Positions 16,822 to 25,691 of a stretch of 33,488 nucleotides of DNA are shown one piece after another. The notes below the pieces were generated by a model that saw only the letters and a list, made by a program, of their open reading frames with translations, did no database searches and was not told the DNA's origin. Made by a program: the position numbers and the translations under genes. Position 1 is the first letter of the stretch. Each line of letters opens with the position of its first letter. Source of the DNA: a virus (Duplodnaviria; Caudoviricetes); IMG/VR virus record IMGVR_UViG_3300037478_000497, positions 1 through 33,488 of that record; one strand, 5' to 3'.

Positions 16822-17259
16822 ATGGCATTCCGAGTCACTAACTCGCTCGTCGAGCCCTACCAGTACATCAGTCGTCACGACGAGGCCGTCGCGAAGGACG
16901 ATGACGACTTCGAACACAAGTGGGAGCTCTACCTGGACGGCAAAGCTCCGCCGCCGATCCGTGCAGGAGGCAAGCCGACCATTTGGCACTTCCGGCCGCT
17001 GTCGCCGCGGCAGCGGATGCGAGTTATCGATCGTGGCGGCATCGAGGGGGCAGCACTCTCGCTGTCTCTATCGCTAATTAGGGTCGAGAACCTTGAGGAT
17101 GACAAGGGTCGCGCAATCAAGCTCGAGTACACGCACGAGGACGGGATGCGGGTCGTGTCGGAGGAGTCGATGGCGGTCATCCACCGCGCGGGCGGCGACG
17201 AGTTACTCCTGGACCTCGTCCAGCGCGTGCAGAGGAGCCTCGATATCGGCCCAAAGTGA
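16822..17259 (+). CDS. Tail assembly chaperone (gpG-like)
   Basis: AGGAG RBS; lies between tube and TMP; ends at a slippery heptamer. Confidence 0.75.
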   Translation: MAFRVTNSLVEPYQYISRHDEAVAKDDDDFEHKWELYLDGKAPPPIRAGGKPTIWHFRPLSPRQRMRVIDRGGIEGAALSLSLSLIRVENLEDDKGRAIKLEYTHEDGMRVVSEESMAVIHRAGGDELLLDLVQRVQRSLDIGPK

Positions 17260-17294
17260 TTGAGGGCCTGCGGTATCTGCCGCGCCTGCAGGCC
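17250..17294 (+). other. Programmed -1 ribosomal frameshift signal
   Basis: C CCA AAG (17250-17256, X XXY YYZ) immediately before TGA; the -1 frame is the next ORF. Stem GGCCTGCGG (17265-17273)/CTGCAGGCC (17286-17294) starts 8 nt downstream. Confidence 0.8.
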
Positions 17295-17669
17295 GAGAGG
17301 GAGCGGCAAATCGAAGACGGAACACCCGTTGCCGACGCTGAAGCCTACCTCAACTGCACGGAATGCCCGCTGGACCACCAGCAGCGGCGTGGCTATCGGT
17401 GCGGCTGGCTGCCCGAGAGCGAGTGGCGGGGAGATGTGCGACCGTTCTCGGATTCGTCGGTGTGCGTCGGTTACTCGACGTCGTTACCGGAGGTCATCGA
17501 GGCGGCGCGGCTGCTTGTTTGGGCGAACCGCGGCGCGCTGTCTCCGTATATGGGAGTGCGCCAGTTGCCTGCCGTGGCTGCCGATTGCGTGGACGTGCTC
17601 GACGGCGAGGTCAAGTCGGTCGAACGTGAGGACATGCGCAAGCGGAGAGAGGCGGTGAAGCGTGGCTAA
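17256..17669 (+). CDS. Tail assembly chaperone, frameshift extension (gpT-like)
   Basis: -1 frame relative to gpG; overlaps the TMP start; contains CTEC...C...C. Confidence 0.7.
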   Translation: MIEGLRYLPRLQAERERQIEDGTPVADAEAYLNCTECPLDHQQRRGYRCGWLPESEWRGDVRPFSDSSVCVGYSTSLPEVIEAARLLVWANRGALSPYMGVRQLPAVAADCVDVLDGEVKSVEREDMRKRREAVKRG

Positions 17670-19557
17670 CATTCTCAGCACCGTCCTCACGCGGTACAAG
17701 GCTGATCCGAGCGACCACAAGGCAAAGCTCAAAGGTCTCCGTGGCGAAGAGAAGAAACGCCATCAGGAGCTGCTCAAGGAGATGGATGCGCAGAACGCGA
17801 AGATCGACAAACAGATCGCGTTCTGGGGCAAGGTCGCGGTGGGTGTCGGCGGGGCCGTCGCTGCGTTCAAGCTCGCGAAGACCTCCTTCAACAGCTACGT
17901 CCAGAACACGCAGCTGGCAGCCGCAACGGCCAATCTCAGCATCGATCGCCTCAGCACATCCACGCGCGGACTTGTCGAGCAAACCGACCTAATGCGCGAA
18001 GCCTCCAAGCTCCAGAGCGGCGCCTGGAAATTCAACCAGGAGCAGATGGAACTCGTCCTTAGGGCGACCGATGTCATGCGTCGGAAGCTCGGGCAGGAGT
18101 TCACGCCCACCTTACAGAAGGTGACCGAGTCGCTGAGCAAGGGAACAACGGAAGAGCTCAAGAAGTTCGGCATCACCGCAAAGACCCAGACCGAGGTCAT
18201 TGCCCAGATGCGCGAGATGGTCCGTGGCTTCAACTTGGATACCGATGCGGCAGGCGACTCGATGAAGCGCGCCGGCGTGTCCGCTGCCGACTCGTTCGAT
18301 AGGATGAAGACCGCCATCGGGCGAATGGTTGTGGCGATGGCTCCACTGCTCGATCGCATGGCGAAGTTCATCGAAGCTCTCTCGATCGTCGTGGATCGCA
18401 TAAGCGGGGCTCCGCAGCGTGATCCGGGGAGGGAGGCTATAGCCGCCCCAGATGGAGCGTCGCCAGAACTGCGAGCGTTGATCGCGCGACTCAACGAGGG
18501 GCGAGCCGCAGGTGCTGGGCAAAGCCCGGAGGCCCAGCGGCTCCTGCGGGAGATCCGTGCACAGGCCCTCAAGGATAAGCAGGAGCGGCAGCGCATCCAA
18601 GGAGAGGTCGCGTTTCTGACGACGCAGCAGGACGCGCTCGATGCGTTTATCCGTGGACTCGGCGAGAAGGTGAAGAAGCGCGCCTCCGCTCGCGCGCCCA
18701 CGCTAGGCGCCGTCGAAGACCCGATGCTGGCGGCGTTGTTCAGTGCAGGGCAGGGCCTACGCAGGGGAGCCGGCGCGGTGCCGGGGCTCTTTGCCTCCGG
18801 GCTGGAAAGCGCGCGGATGCTCGGCCGCACGACGCTCGCAGGGGATCCCCAATTCGGCGCGCTTGGGCAAGCACAGCAAGACGTTAACGCGTTCCACCTG
18901 CAGGAGGGCAGCGAGGCACTCAAGCAGTTAGAGGCGGACATCCGCGCGTTCGATGCGGCGAAGCAGCAGGCGATCGGCGATCGCAACCACTTGCTCGAGT
19001 CCATCTTCGGGCGGCCCGCTGAGGTAGACGCCACCGCGATGGCGATCCAGGGAGCCGCGCGAGCGATGGACGTCTTTGCTCAGTCCACGGCGCTAGCGTT
19101 CGAGGCGTGGGTCACCGGTGCCGAGGGGGGCATGGAGGCCGCGAAGAAGTTCCTCGCCGCGGGTATCCACGGCATCGGACAGGAGCTTGCGGTGATCGGC
19201 GTAAAGGAAGGCGCACTGGCTCTGGTCTCGCTCGCCGGTCTCGATTTCCGCGGCGCTGCGACGCACGGTCTCGCATCTGGTGCCGCGTTTGCCGGTTCGG
19301 CGCTGGCGTTCAAAACGGCGCAATCGATGGGGCATGGCGGAGGTAATCGCCCTAGCGCGGGCGCCTCCGGCTCCGCCCCCCGCGTCTACAACGGCTCCGG
19401 TGCTGGCGCTGGCGCTGGACAGGGCGAACGCTCGGTCGTGGTCGCGCTCGGCTCGGAGTTCGGGATGCTGCCGGCGCTCGAGCAGCGCCAGATGCTGGGC
19501 CGGGCGATCAGGCTCGGACTCCACGAACAGGGATCGCCTCACACATTCGATCGGTAG
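17662..19557 (+). CDS. Tape measure protein
   Basis: 631 aa, Ala-rich and helical with hydrophobic stretches; follows the G/T chaperones. Confidence 0.85.
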   Translation: MANILSTVLTRYKADPSDHKAKLKGLRGEEKKRHQELLKEMDAQNAKIDKQIAFWGKVAVGVGGAVAAFKLAKTSFNSYVQNTQLAAATANLSIDRLSTSTRGLVEQTDLMREASKLQSGAWKFNQEQMELVLRATDVMRRKLGQEFTPTLQKVTESLSKGTTEELKKFGITAKTQTEVIAQMREMVRGFNLDTDAAGDSMKRAGVSAADSFDRMKTAIGRMVVAMAPLLDRMAKFIEALSIVVDRISGAPQRDPGREAIAAPDGASPELRALIARLNEGRAAGAGQSPEAQRLLREIRAQALKDKQERQRIQGEVAFLTTQQDALDAFIRGLGEKVKKRASARAPTLGAVEDPMLAALFSAGQGLRRGAGAVPGLFASGLESARMLGRTTLAGDPQFGALGQAQQDVNAFHLQEGSEALKQLEADIRAFDAAKQQAIGDRNHLLESIFGRPAEVDATAMAIQGAARAMDVFAQSTALAFEAWVTGAEGGMEAAKKFLAAGIHGIGQELAVIGVKEGALALVSLAGLDFRGAATHGLASGAAFAGSALAFKTAQSMGHGGGNRPSAGASGSAPRVYNGSGAGAGAGQGERSVVVALGSEFGMLPALEQRQMLGRAIRLGLHEQGSPHTFDR

Positions 19558-21924
19558 ATGTCCACCTTCGGCAAATTGCTCCACCGGATCACGGTCCCGA
19601 CCGGGGGTTGGGACGCGACCGTAGGCCCGACCGAGACCGCCACGATCCCAGCCGGCACGTACTACCTGCCGGCCCTGCTGGACGAGGTGGCCGACAAGTT
19701 CGCGACCGCGGCCGGCGAGACCTGCACCGTCACCGCAGCCACAGGAGAGGGCGGGACCGGCAAGGTCACGATCACATTCGGAGCGGCCACGGCAGTAACG
19801 TGGGTGGACACGGACCTCCGCGACATCCTCGGCTTCGATGACGACCTCCTCAGCGACGCTAGCCACGTCAGCCCCGGCAGCGCGCGCTCGGTGTGGCTGC
19901 CGACGTGCCCGTTCCTGACGCTCAACAGTGGCAAGGATAGCCGCTGGCGCGGTCACCGGGACGGTGACTTCCGCCACGCCATGAATATGTCCGGTCACGT
20001 CTGGGCGCGGCACGGGCAGCACCACGTGCGCCTTGAGCCGCTCCGGTGGCAGGCAATTAGGCGGGACCGGGTCTGGATCGCGAACGAGTCCGTGGCCGGG
20101 CAGAGCTTCGAGCAATGGTGGCTCGACGGGGTATGGGGCGAGGCGACGTGGGGATCGCCAGGGGGACCGATCCGGTGGTACCCCGATGCAGACAACGACG
20201 GCGTCTGGGGCACGTACCGGGTCATCGACGCGAAGACGTTCTTGCCCGACCAGCTGCAGGAGGCATGGAGCGGGATGTGGACCGTGACCATGCCGCCCAT
20301 GATCCAGGTCCCCGACACGACCACGCTCGGCCTCCCGCCCGCCGCCAACTTCTCGTGGTCGCAGGACGAGGACGCGACGGCGCTGCACCTGGTGCGGGCG
20401 TCGAGTCAGTACGCGACCGTCGGCGACCAGGACGAACTCGATGTCTCCACAACCGGGGCGATTACTGTCGTGGCTCAGATCCGCTTCGATTCGCTGCCGT
20501 CCCCGTCGGCAGGCATCGTCACCAAGTTTGGCGGTAGCCCGCCTGTCGGCTGGTTCTTTCAGTTTCGTCCGAACCAGCTGTTCCTGGGGCTGTTCGAGGA
20601 CTCCACTGGAACAGAGAGGTTCCTCGGTCGCGGATGGCCAGGCGGCGCACCGGAGCTAGATCGCTGGTACACCGTGGCTGCCCGGTACGACCACTCCATC
20701 GCTGGCGATATGGGCGATGCAGGGGCGCTATTTGTGGACGGTGCCCAGCTCACGTCGGGCGGCTCAGGGGCGAGCGCAAAGCCGAGTGCGCTGAGTAACT
20801 CGACGCACAACTTCAACGTCGGCGCGAACCCGGGCGGGAGTGCTGGTTTCGACGGCGACCCCCGCAACGTCCAGGTCTACGACCGCGCGCTCACCGACGA
20901 CGAGATCGCCTCGCTCGACTTCCCGGCTAGTACCGACGGACTGCAGGGCGCATGGGAACTCGACGGCGACTACACGGACAGCTCCGGCAACGGCAACACG
21001 CTGACACCGACGAACAGCCCCACCTTCGAGGACGTGCTCGCGGTCCAGCTGACCGACACGACCCCGGACCCGGACAGCATGATCACGGACCAGGAGTGGA
21101 CCGCGGACGGCAAGAGCTTCCGCGGCGCAGCCCCGTACCTGCTCGTGGACGCGGCCGGGGACTACCCAACGCAGCTCACGGTCACTAAGCAGGGTGGGTC
21201 GCAGTCGAGCAAGACGAAGACGGTGAGGGTGGAGGGACCGAACGGCGTTCCCACCGACGGCCCCGACGATTGGTACCTGCCGACGGAGGCGGCGCACTTC
21301 ACGGCACTGGGGCTCGCGGCGCCGGACTACTACGTGCTCTGCGACGCGGCGAGCGGGGACCTGACGCCGGTCATCGATGACGGACCCTATGGCGACATGA
21401 TCGCGCAGGACACCGGACACCTCTACGAGCAGGCTGTCACCGGGTGGGCGGCGAAGACAGTTGGCCTCGCGGAAGGAGACTCCGGCTCCTGGCGCGTCAC
21501 AGCAGGCGTTGCTCTCGGTGAGTCGTTTGCCGTGCTCGCCTACGCAGCCGTCAGCCAGACATCCGGTACGCGACAGATTCTGTGCGCGCTGGGCACGACC
21601 AACCGTCTGGCGCTAAATACCGGCCCGCTGAGGACAGTCCACAATAGTGTAGCGGCGGACGGGGCCATAGACGTCCGTGACCTCGATACAGTCCGGCAAC
21701 TCGTCTGGTACCGGAATGCAACCGCCAACGCCTCTGGCACGAGGAGCAACCTCGAGGACATCCCTGGCACCCACGACGAGGGGGTTGATTCGGCAGAGCA
21801 GAGCTCAATCGGCCCCACCACCGGCTCGGCGGCGGCGCTCCGCTTCCTCGTATTCGGCGTTTTCAAGGGCGCCAACGCCGAGCAGGACTGGGACGCCTAC
21901 CTCACCACGCTGAGGGGGGACTAG
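19558..21924 (+). CDS. Distal-tail-type protein with PKD and LamG/ConA-like domains
   Basis: First gene after the TMP. LamG signature (ITVVAQIRFD...IVTK...WYTVAARYD...LFVDG...FNVG...FDG...NVQVYDRALTDDEI...GAWELDG..TDSSGNGN), a split PKD and a second beta-sandwich at the C-terminus. Confidence 0.75.
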   Translation: MSTFGKLLHRITVPTGGWDATVGPTETATIPAGTYYLPALLDEVADKFATAAGETCTVTAATGEGGTGKVTITFGAATAVTWVDTDLRDILGFDDDLLSDASHVSPGSARSVWLPTCPFLTLNSGKDSRWRGHRDGDFRHAMNMSGHVWARHGQHHVRLEPLRWQAIRRDRVWIANESVAGQSFEQWWLDGVWGEATWGSPGGPIRWYPDADNDGVWGTYRVIDAKTFLPDQLQEAWSGMWTVTMPPMIQVPDTTTLGLPPAANFSWSQDEDATALHLVRASSQYATVGDQDELDVSTTGAITVVAQIRFDSLPSPSAGIVTKFGGSPPVGWFFQFRPNQLFLGLFEDSTGTERFLGRGWPGGAPELDRWYTVAARYDHSIAGDMGDAGALFVDGAQLTSGGSGASAKPSALSNSTHNFNVGANPGGSAGFDGDPRNVQVYDRALTDDEIASLDFPASTDGLQGAWELDGDYTDSSGNGNTLTPTNSPTFEDVLAVQLTDTTPDPDSMITDQEWTADGKSFRGAAPYLLVDAAGDYPTQLTVTKQGGSQSSKTKTVRVEGPNGVPTDGPDDWYLPTEAAHFTALGLAAPDYYVLCDAASGDLTPVIDDGPYGDMIAQDTGHLYEQAVTGWAAKTVGLAEGDSGSWRVTAGVALGESFAVLAYAAVSQTSGTRQILCALGTTNRLALNTGPLRTVHNSVAADGAIDVRDLDTVRQLVWYRNATANASGTRSNLEDIPGTHDEGVDSAEQSSIGPTTGSAAALRFLVFGVFKGANAEQDWDAYLTTLRGD

Positions 21925-21925
21925 C

Positions 21926-24900
21926 GTGACCACCACCTCCGACGCCCTCCGCACCGAGTCCGGCGTCCGGGTCGGGGTCGTCCTGGCAATCGAGGGCTCC
22001 CCGCATCTGCTCTGCGATGCCGCCGACGTCGCGCCCGTCATCACCGCCTGGGCCGGCACCGGGTGGACGCAGGCGCGCAGCGGGCTCAAGGTACAGGGAC
22101 ACCTCCGTGAGTTCTGCGAACCGTGGGCGGCCGACATCAACGTGCCCAGCATCTCGTTCGAGATCCAGAACGAGGACTTCGGCAGGGACGTCTACAAGCG
22201 CAAGAGCACGTACCGCTCGCAGATGACCGCTCTCTTCGAGGCGGACAGCGACGGTGAAGGCACGCTCAACGTCAAGAGCACCGGGTCGCTACCGAACGAG
22301 CCGGGTACGATCTATCTCGGCAACAAGGCTTACGAGTACAGCGCGACTGACACGGCGACTTTTACGATCTCGCAGGCGGAGGCGCTTCCGGTCTTCGATG
22401 CTGACCCGGGCCTCCACTATTCGCGCCCGCACGCCGTGAGCGCCCAAAAGGGCTTCAACGTCGGGATCAACACGTTCGTGCAGACGGTCCCGAAGACCTG
22501 GATCGGTCGCCGCGCCGCGCTCTACATCCATCGCATCGTGGGCGACGTCTGGGACACGCGCGCCGAGGCCCAGCTCGAGTTCGCTGGCCGCATCGCGCGC
22601 ATCTCCGATGACCCGGCCGCGCTCGTGACTCGGCTCGAATGCGAGGACATGCGGGCCGAGATCCGCGACGCGACGATCCTGAGCGGGCAGTGGGTCGGGT
22701 ATGTGCGTTCCGGCGTGTTCCTGGAGGCGGGCGAGACCTTCCAGGCACGCGAGATTGAGAACCCTGGCACAACGCGCGCGTCGGCTGTGCTGACGATAGT
22801 TGCATCGGGCGCATCGGGCGCGACGCAGCTCAACGAGGGCTACTACGAACTCGGCGACATCATCACCAAGCTCAACGCGTGGCTCGCAGCCGACGGTACG
22901 CTGACGTTTACGTGGACCGTTGAGCTTGCGCACGGCGCCGGCGGCCGGCGCGTCGTCGTCCGGGTGGACTCGGACGGCGCCGTTCGCCCCGGCTTTTCGC
23001 TCGATGCCTCTACGCGCCGTTTGTTCGCGTTTCTGGGCTTCGGCGACGAGTTCGAGTTCGAGCGCGATGCGACGCGACCGATTCGACTCGAGGAGCGAGT
23101 CGAGGACGACGGCGACGTCGTCTATCGCGAGGCCGGGTCGGCACCGTTTCGCGCCGTGCCGTTCCAATCGGTGGGTCGCTACGCAGACCGCGGGCGTATC
23201 GACTTCGCAGACGACGATGGCGACTTCGTGGACCACACGACATGGCTGCCGGAGCCATTCGCCTCCGAGGTCGAGAGTGGCGAGGTGTGGAGCTTCTTCC
23301 GCGTTGGCGACTCGCTCCAGTTCGGCAAATACGACAGCGCCAACAGGCGCATCACGGAGCTCGGCAAGCCGCTCGACTTCGCGGGCTACGCGGGGCCGGC
23401 GATTGGTCCGAGTGACTACCGCGGGCTCACCATCGACGACCCTGCGGACCGTCTCGAGGTCTACCAGGTCGTGGTGCTGTCCGGCTCGATGGCGACGCTG
23501 CTCACCTCGCTCCTCGCTTCGACCGGCACCGGCCACAACCACGCCACGTACGACACATTTCCTAGCGGCATGAGCTGCCCCGGTATCCCGTGGAGCTTAC
23601 TCGGAGACGAGTGGCTGACGAGTGTCAAGGCGCTCGAGCAGGCGACCCAGCAGGACACCATGATGGTGGTCCTCGACAAGCCGAGAAAGCTCCGCGACAT
23701 CATCGTGCCGCAGCTGGCGATCCGTTTTGCCTGGCTCACGTTCGCGGACGGCACGTACAAGCTGGTCACGTTGCGCAAGCCGGTTCTGCTCTCGCCCGAC
23801 CACCAGCTGACCGAGGCGAACAAGGCGACCGCGAGCGGCGATGCGGCATCGCTCATCTCGTCGATGGAAGAGACGCGCGACTACCTGCGCAACGTCCTCA
23901 AGGTCTCGTACAGCCGACAGCTCTCGGGTGAGTACGGCCTCCACATCACCGCGCGCGACGAGCCGTCCATCTCCGAGCACGGGATGAGCGACGTCCGCAC
24001 GATCGAGCTCCCTGACACCTACGCGGACGCGGCAGCCACCGGGCAGTCTGCCGAGGTGCTGGCCGCTGGGCTGATCCAGCGCTCGATCCCGCTCTTCGGT
24101 AAGCCTCTCCACCTCGTGCAGCGCACCATCGCGCCGACGCTCTATCACGTCGCTGTCGGCGACACGGTCACCATCGCGGACAACGACCTTCGCCACCCGG
24201 TGACTGGGGAGCGCGGAGTGGATGGTGCTGGCGTCCTCGCTGGCATCGTCCTGGCGGTCACCCGGTCGCCCGGACTCGGCCACGAGGGCGGCGAGCTCTT
24301 CGGTATGGTCGAGGTCCTGGTGGTGGACGCGGATCGCACGATGCCGATCGCACCGGCTGCGGAGGTGGACACGGACTTCAGCGACACGATCGACGGCCTA
24401 TCCTTCACCGACGGCTACGCGTCGGCAGGCCCCGCACTCAAACTCGTGGACCACGCGTACAGCCGCTCGACCGACGACGTGGACGCGAGCAACTTCTCGG
24501 CCGGCGACAAGATCCGCATCGTCGAGGTGGACCCGGATGATCCGGGCAGCATCGACTCCTGGGACCGGGTGATCGACACCATCGATGTCGAGGACGGCTA
24601 CATCACGCTCACGGCGTCCATCTCGTCGCCGAACTGGTCAGGTGACCAGAAACTGTTCGCCATCGTGCCGCAGCTCTACGCTGACGTCGAGCCGAGCCAG
24701 CAGCTCGTCTCGTATCTGGCCGACGATGGCGATGGGCTCATCCAGGACATCGAGCAGCCGAACGAATACGGGCTTGAGCGCTGGCAGTCATTCGCTGCGA
24801 ACGACGGTACCGCGCTGCCCCCGCTCATCGCTACCGATCGCGGCAATGAGGGGCGGCCGCTTGATGCAGACCTGGTCGCCGCGCTGATCGCGCTGGTGAA

Positions 24901-25351
24901 CAACCTGGTCAGCCACCGGGCAGCGCCGTGTGCGCCTGAATGGTTCGCTGGTATAGCGCCGCAAGTATCGGTGACCGACTACAGGGTCACGCAGGTGTTC
25001 CCGTTTCCGACCGCAGGAGTGGTCACCGGGGCCGCGCGGCGGACGCTCGTTGTCGGCCCGATTCTGAGGACGTCCGACGCTTCGGCGACCGCGTTTCTAC
25101 GCGTCACGTCGAGCCGCTTTCCACCGAGCGGTTTCACTGGCGCTCGGCGGTGGCGCGGCCCCCGTCGCTCCATCGAGTTTTCTCACACCGGCGACACCGA
25201 CGAAACCGCCATCGCCAGCCAGGAACTGACGATTGTCGCCGGTGATGAGCCGGGCATTACCTGGATCACAACCGAGCTGCGGATCTCTACCGCGCCGCGC
25301 TTGGCCCGCTTCCGCGGCTTCCACACCTTTTACCTGGGGCCCGTCGCGTGA
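21926..25351 (+). CDS. Tail tip/hub protein
   Basis: 1141 aa. EFAGRI...LECED early; later NVLKVSY, SISEHG and VAVGDTVTI motifs typical of hub/central tail proteins. Confidence 0.7.
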   Translation: MTTTSDALRTESGVRVGVVLAIEGSPHLLCDAADVAPVITAWAGTGWTQARSGLKVQGHLREFCEPWAADINVPSISFEIQNEDFGRDVYKRKSTYRSQMTALFEADSDGEGTLNVKSTGSLPNEPGTIYLGNKAYEYSATDTATFTISQAEALPVFDADPGLHYSRPHAVSAQKGFNVGINTFVQTVPKTWIGRRAALYIHRIVGDVWDTRAEAQLEFAGRIARISDDPAALVTRLECEDMRAEIRDATILSGQWVGYVRSGVFLEAGETFQAREIENPGTTRASAVLTIVASGASGATQLNEGYYELGDIITKLNAWLAADGTLTFTWTVELAHGAGGRRVVVRVDSDGAVRPGFSLDASTRRLFAFLGFGDEFEFERDATRPIRLEERVEDDGDVVYREAGSAPFRAVPFQSVGRYADRGRIDFADDDGDFVDHTTWLPEPFASEVESGEVWSFFRVGDSLQFGKYDSANRRITELGKPLDFAGYAGPAIGPSDYRGLTIDDPADRLEVYQVVVLSGSMATLLTSLLASTGTGHNHATYDTFPSGMSCPGIPWSLLGDEWLTSVKALEQATQQDTMMVVLDKPRKLRDIIVPQLAIRFAWLTFADGTYKLVTLRKPVLLSPDHQLTEANKATASGDAASLISSMEETRDYLRNVLKVSYSRQLSGEYGLHITARDEPSISEHGMSDVRTIELPDTYADAAATGQSAEVLAAGLIQRSIPLFGKPLHLVQRTIAPTLYHVAVGDTVTIADNDLRHPVTGERGVDGAGVLAGIVLAVTRSPGLGHEGGELFGMVEVLVVDADRTMPIAPAAEVDTDFSDTIDGLSFTDGYASAGPALKLVDHAYSRSTDDVDASNFSAGDKIRIVEVDPDDPGSIDSWDRVIDTIDVEDGYITLTASISSPNWSGDQKLFAIVPQLYADVEPSQQLVSYLADDGDGLIQDIEQPNEYGLERWQSFAANDGTALPPLIATDRGNEGRPLDADLVAALIALVNNLVSHRAAPCAPEWFAGIAPQVSVTDYRVTQVFPFPTAGVVTGAARRTLVVGPILRTSDASATAFLRVTSSRFPPSGFTGARRWRGPRRSIEFSHTGDTDETAIASQELTIVAGDEPGITWITTELRISTAPRLARFRGFHTFYLGPVA

Positions 25352-25659
25352 GGCAGAACGCACTCTATAGGCAGCATCCAGCGCTGGATACAGGAGAGGT
25401 CGTCGGACATTGCGTCCAGGCAGGCATCCTGCGCCTCGATCGCGACGTTGTTCAGATCGCGATTGACACACTCCCCGGCGTACCACTCCGGGCAGCCGAT
25501 TGCCGGTGTCTCGAAACAGGCGCCATACCACTCGCACCACCGCTCTCCCTGGTCGAGACAGGCGTCCTCGAGCTGGATCTCTGCTGGGCTGCCGTCGGGC
25601 TGGCAGGCGACCAGCAATACAGAGACACAGAGACACAGAGTGCGAGCTGCCGTCGTCAT
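25330..25659 (-). CDS. Cys-rich lipoprotein (antisense moron)
   Basis: MTTAARTLCLCVSVLLVA|C lipobox; acidic mature part with 8 further Cys; opposite strand to the tail operon. Confidence 0.7.
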   Translation of the reverse strand: MTTAARTLCLCVSVLLVACQPDGSPAEIQLEDACLDQGERWCEWYGACFETPAIGCPEWYAGECVNRDLNNVAIEAQDACLDAMSDDLSCIQRWMLPIECVLPHATGPR

Positions 25660-25691
25660 GCGCATGAGTGTATCGCGCCGAGGCCAACGGC

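Noticed and set aside
17895-23542. Long minus-strand ORFs (379, 431 and 417 aa) opposite tail genes
   Set aside because: Shadow ORFs of GC-rich coding sequence: Arg/Ser/Ala-rich, with no motifs or RBS.
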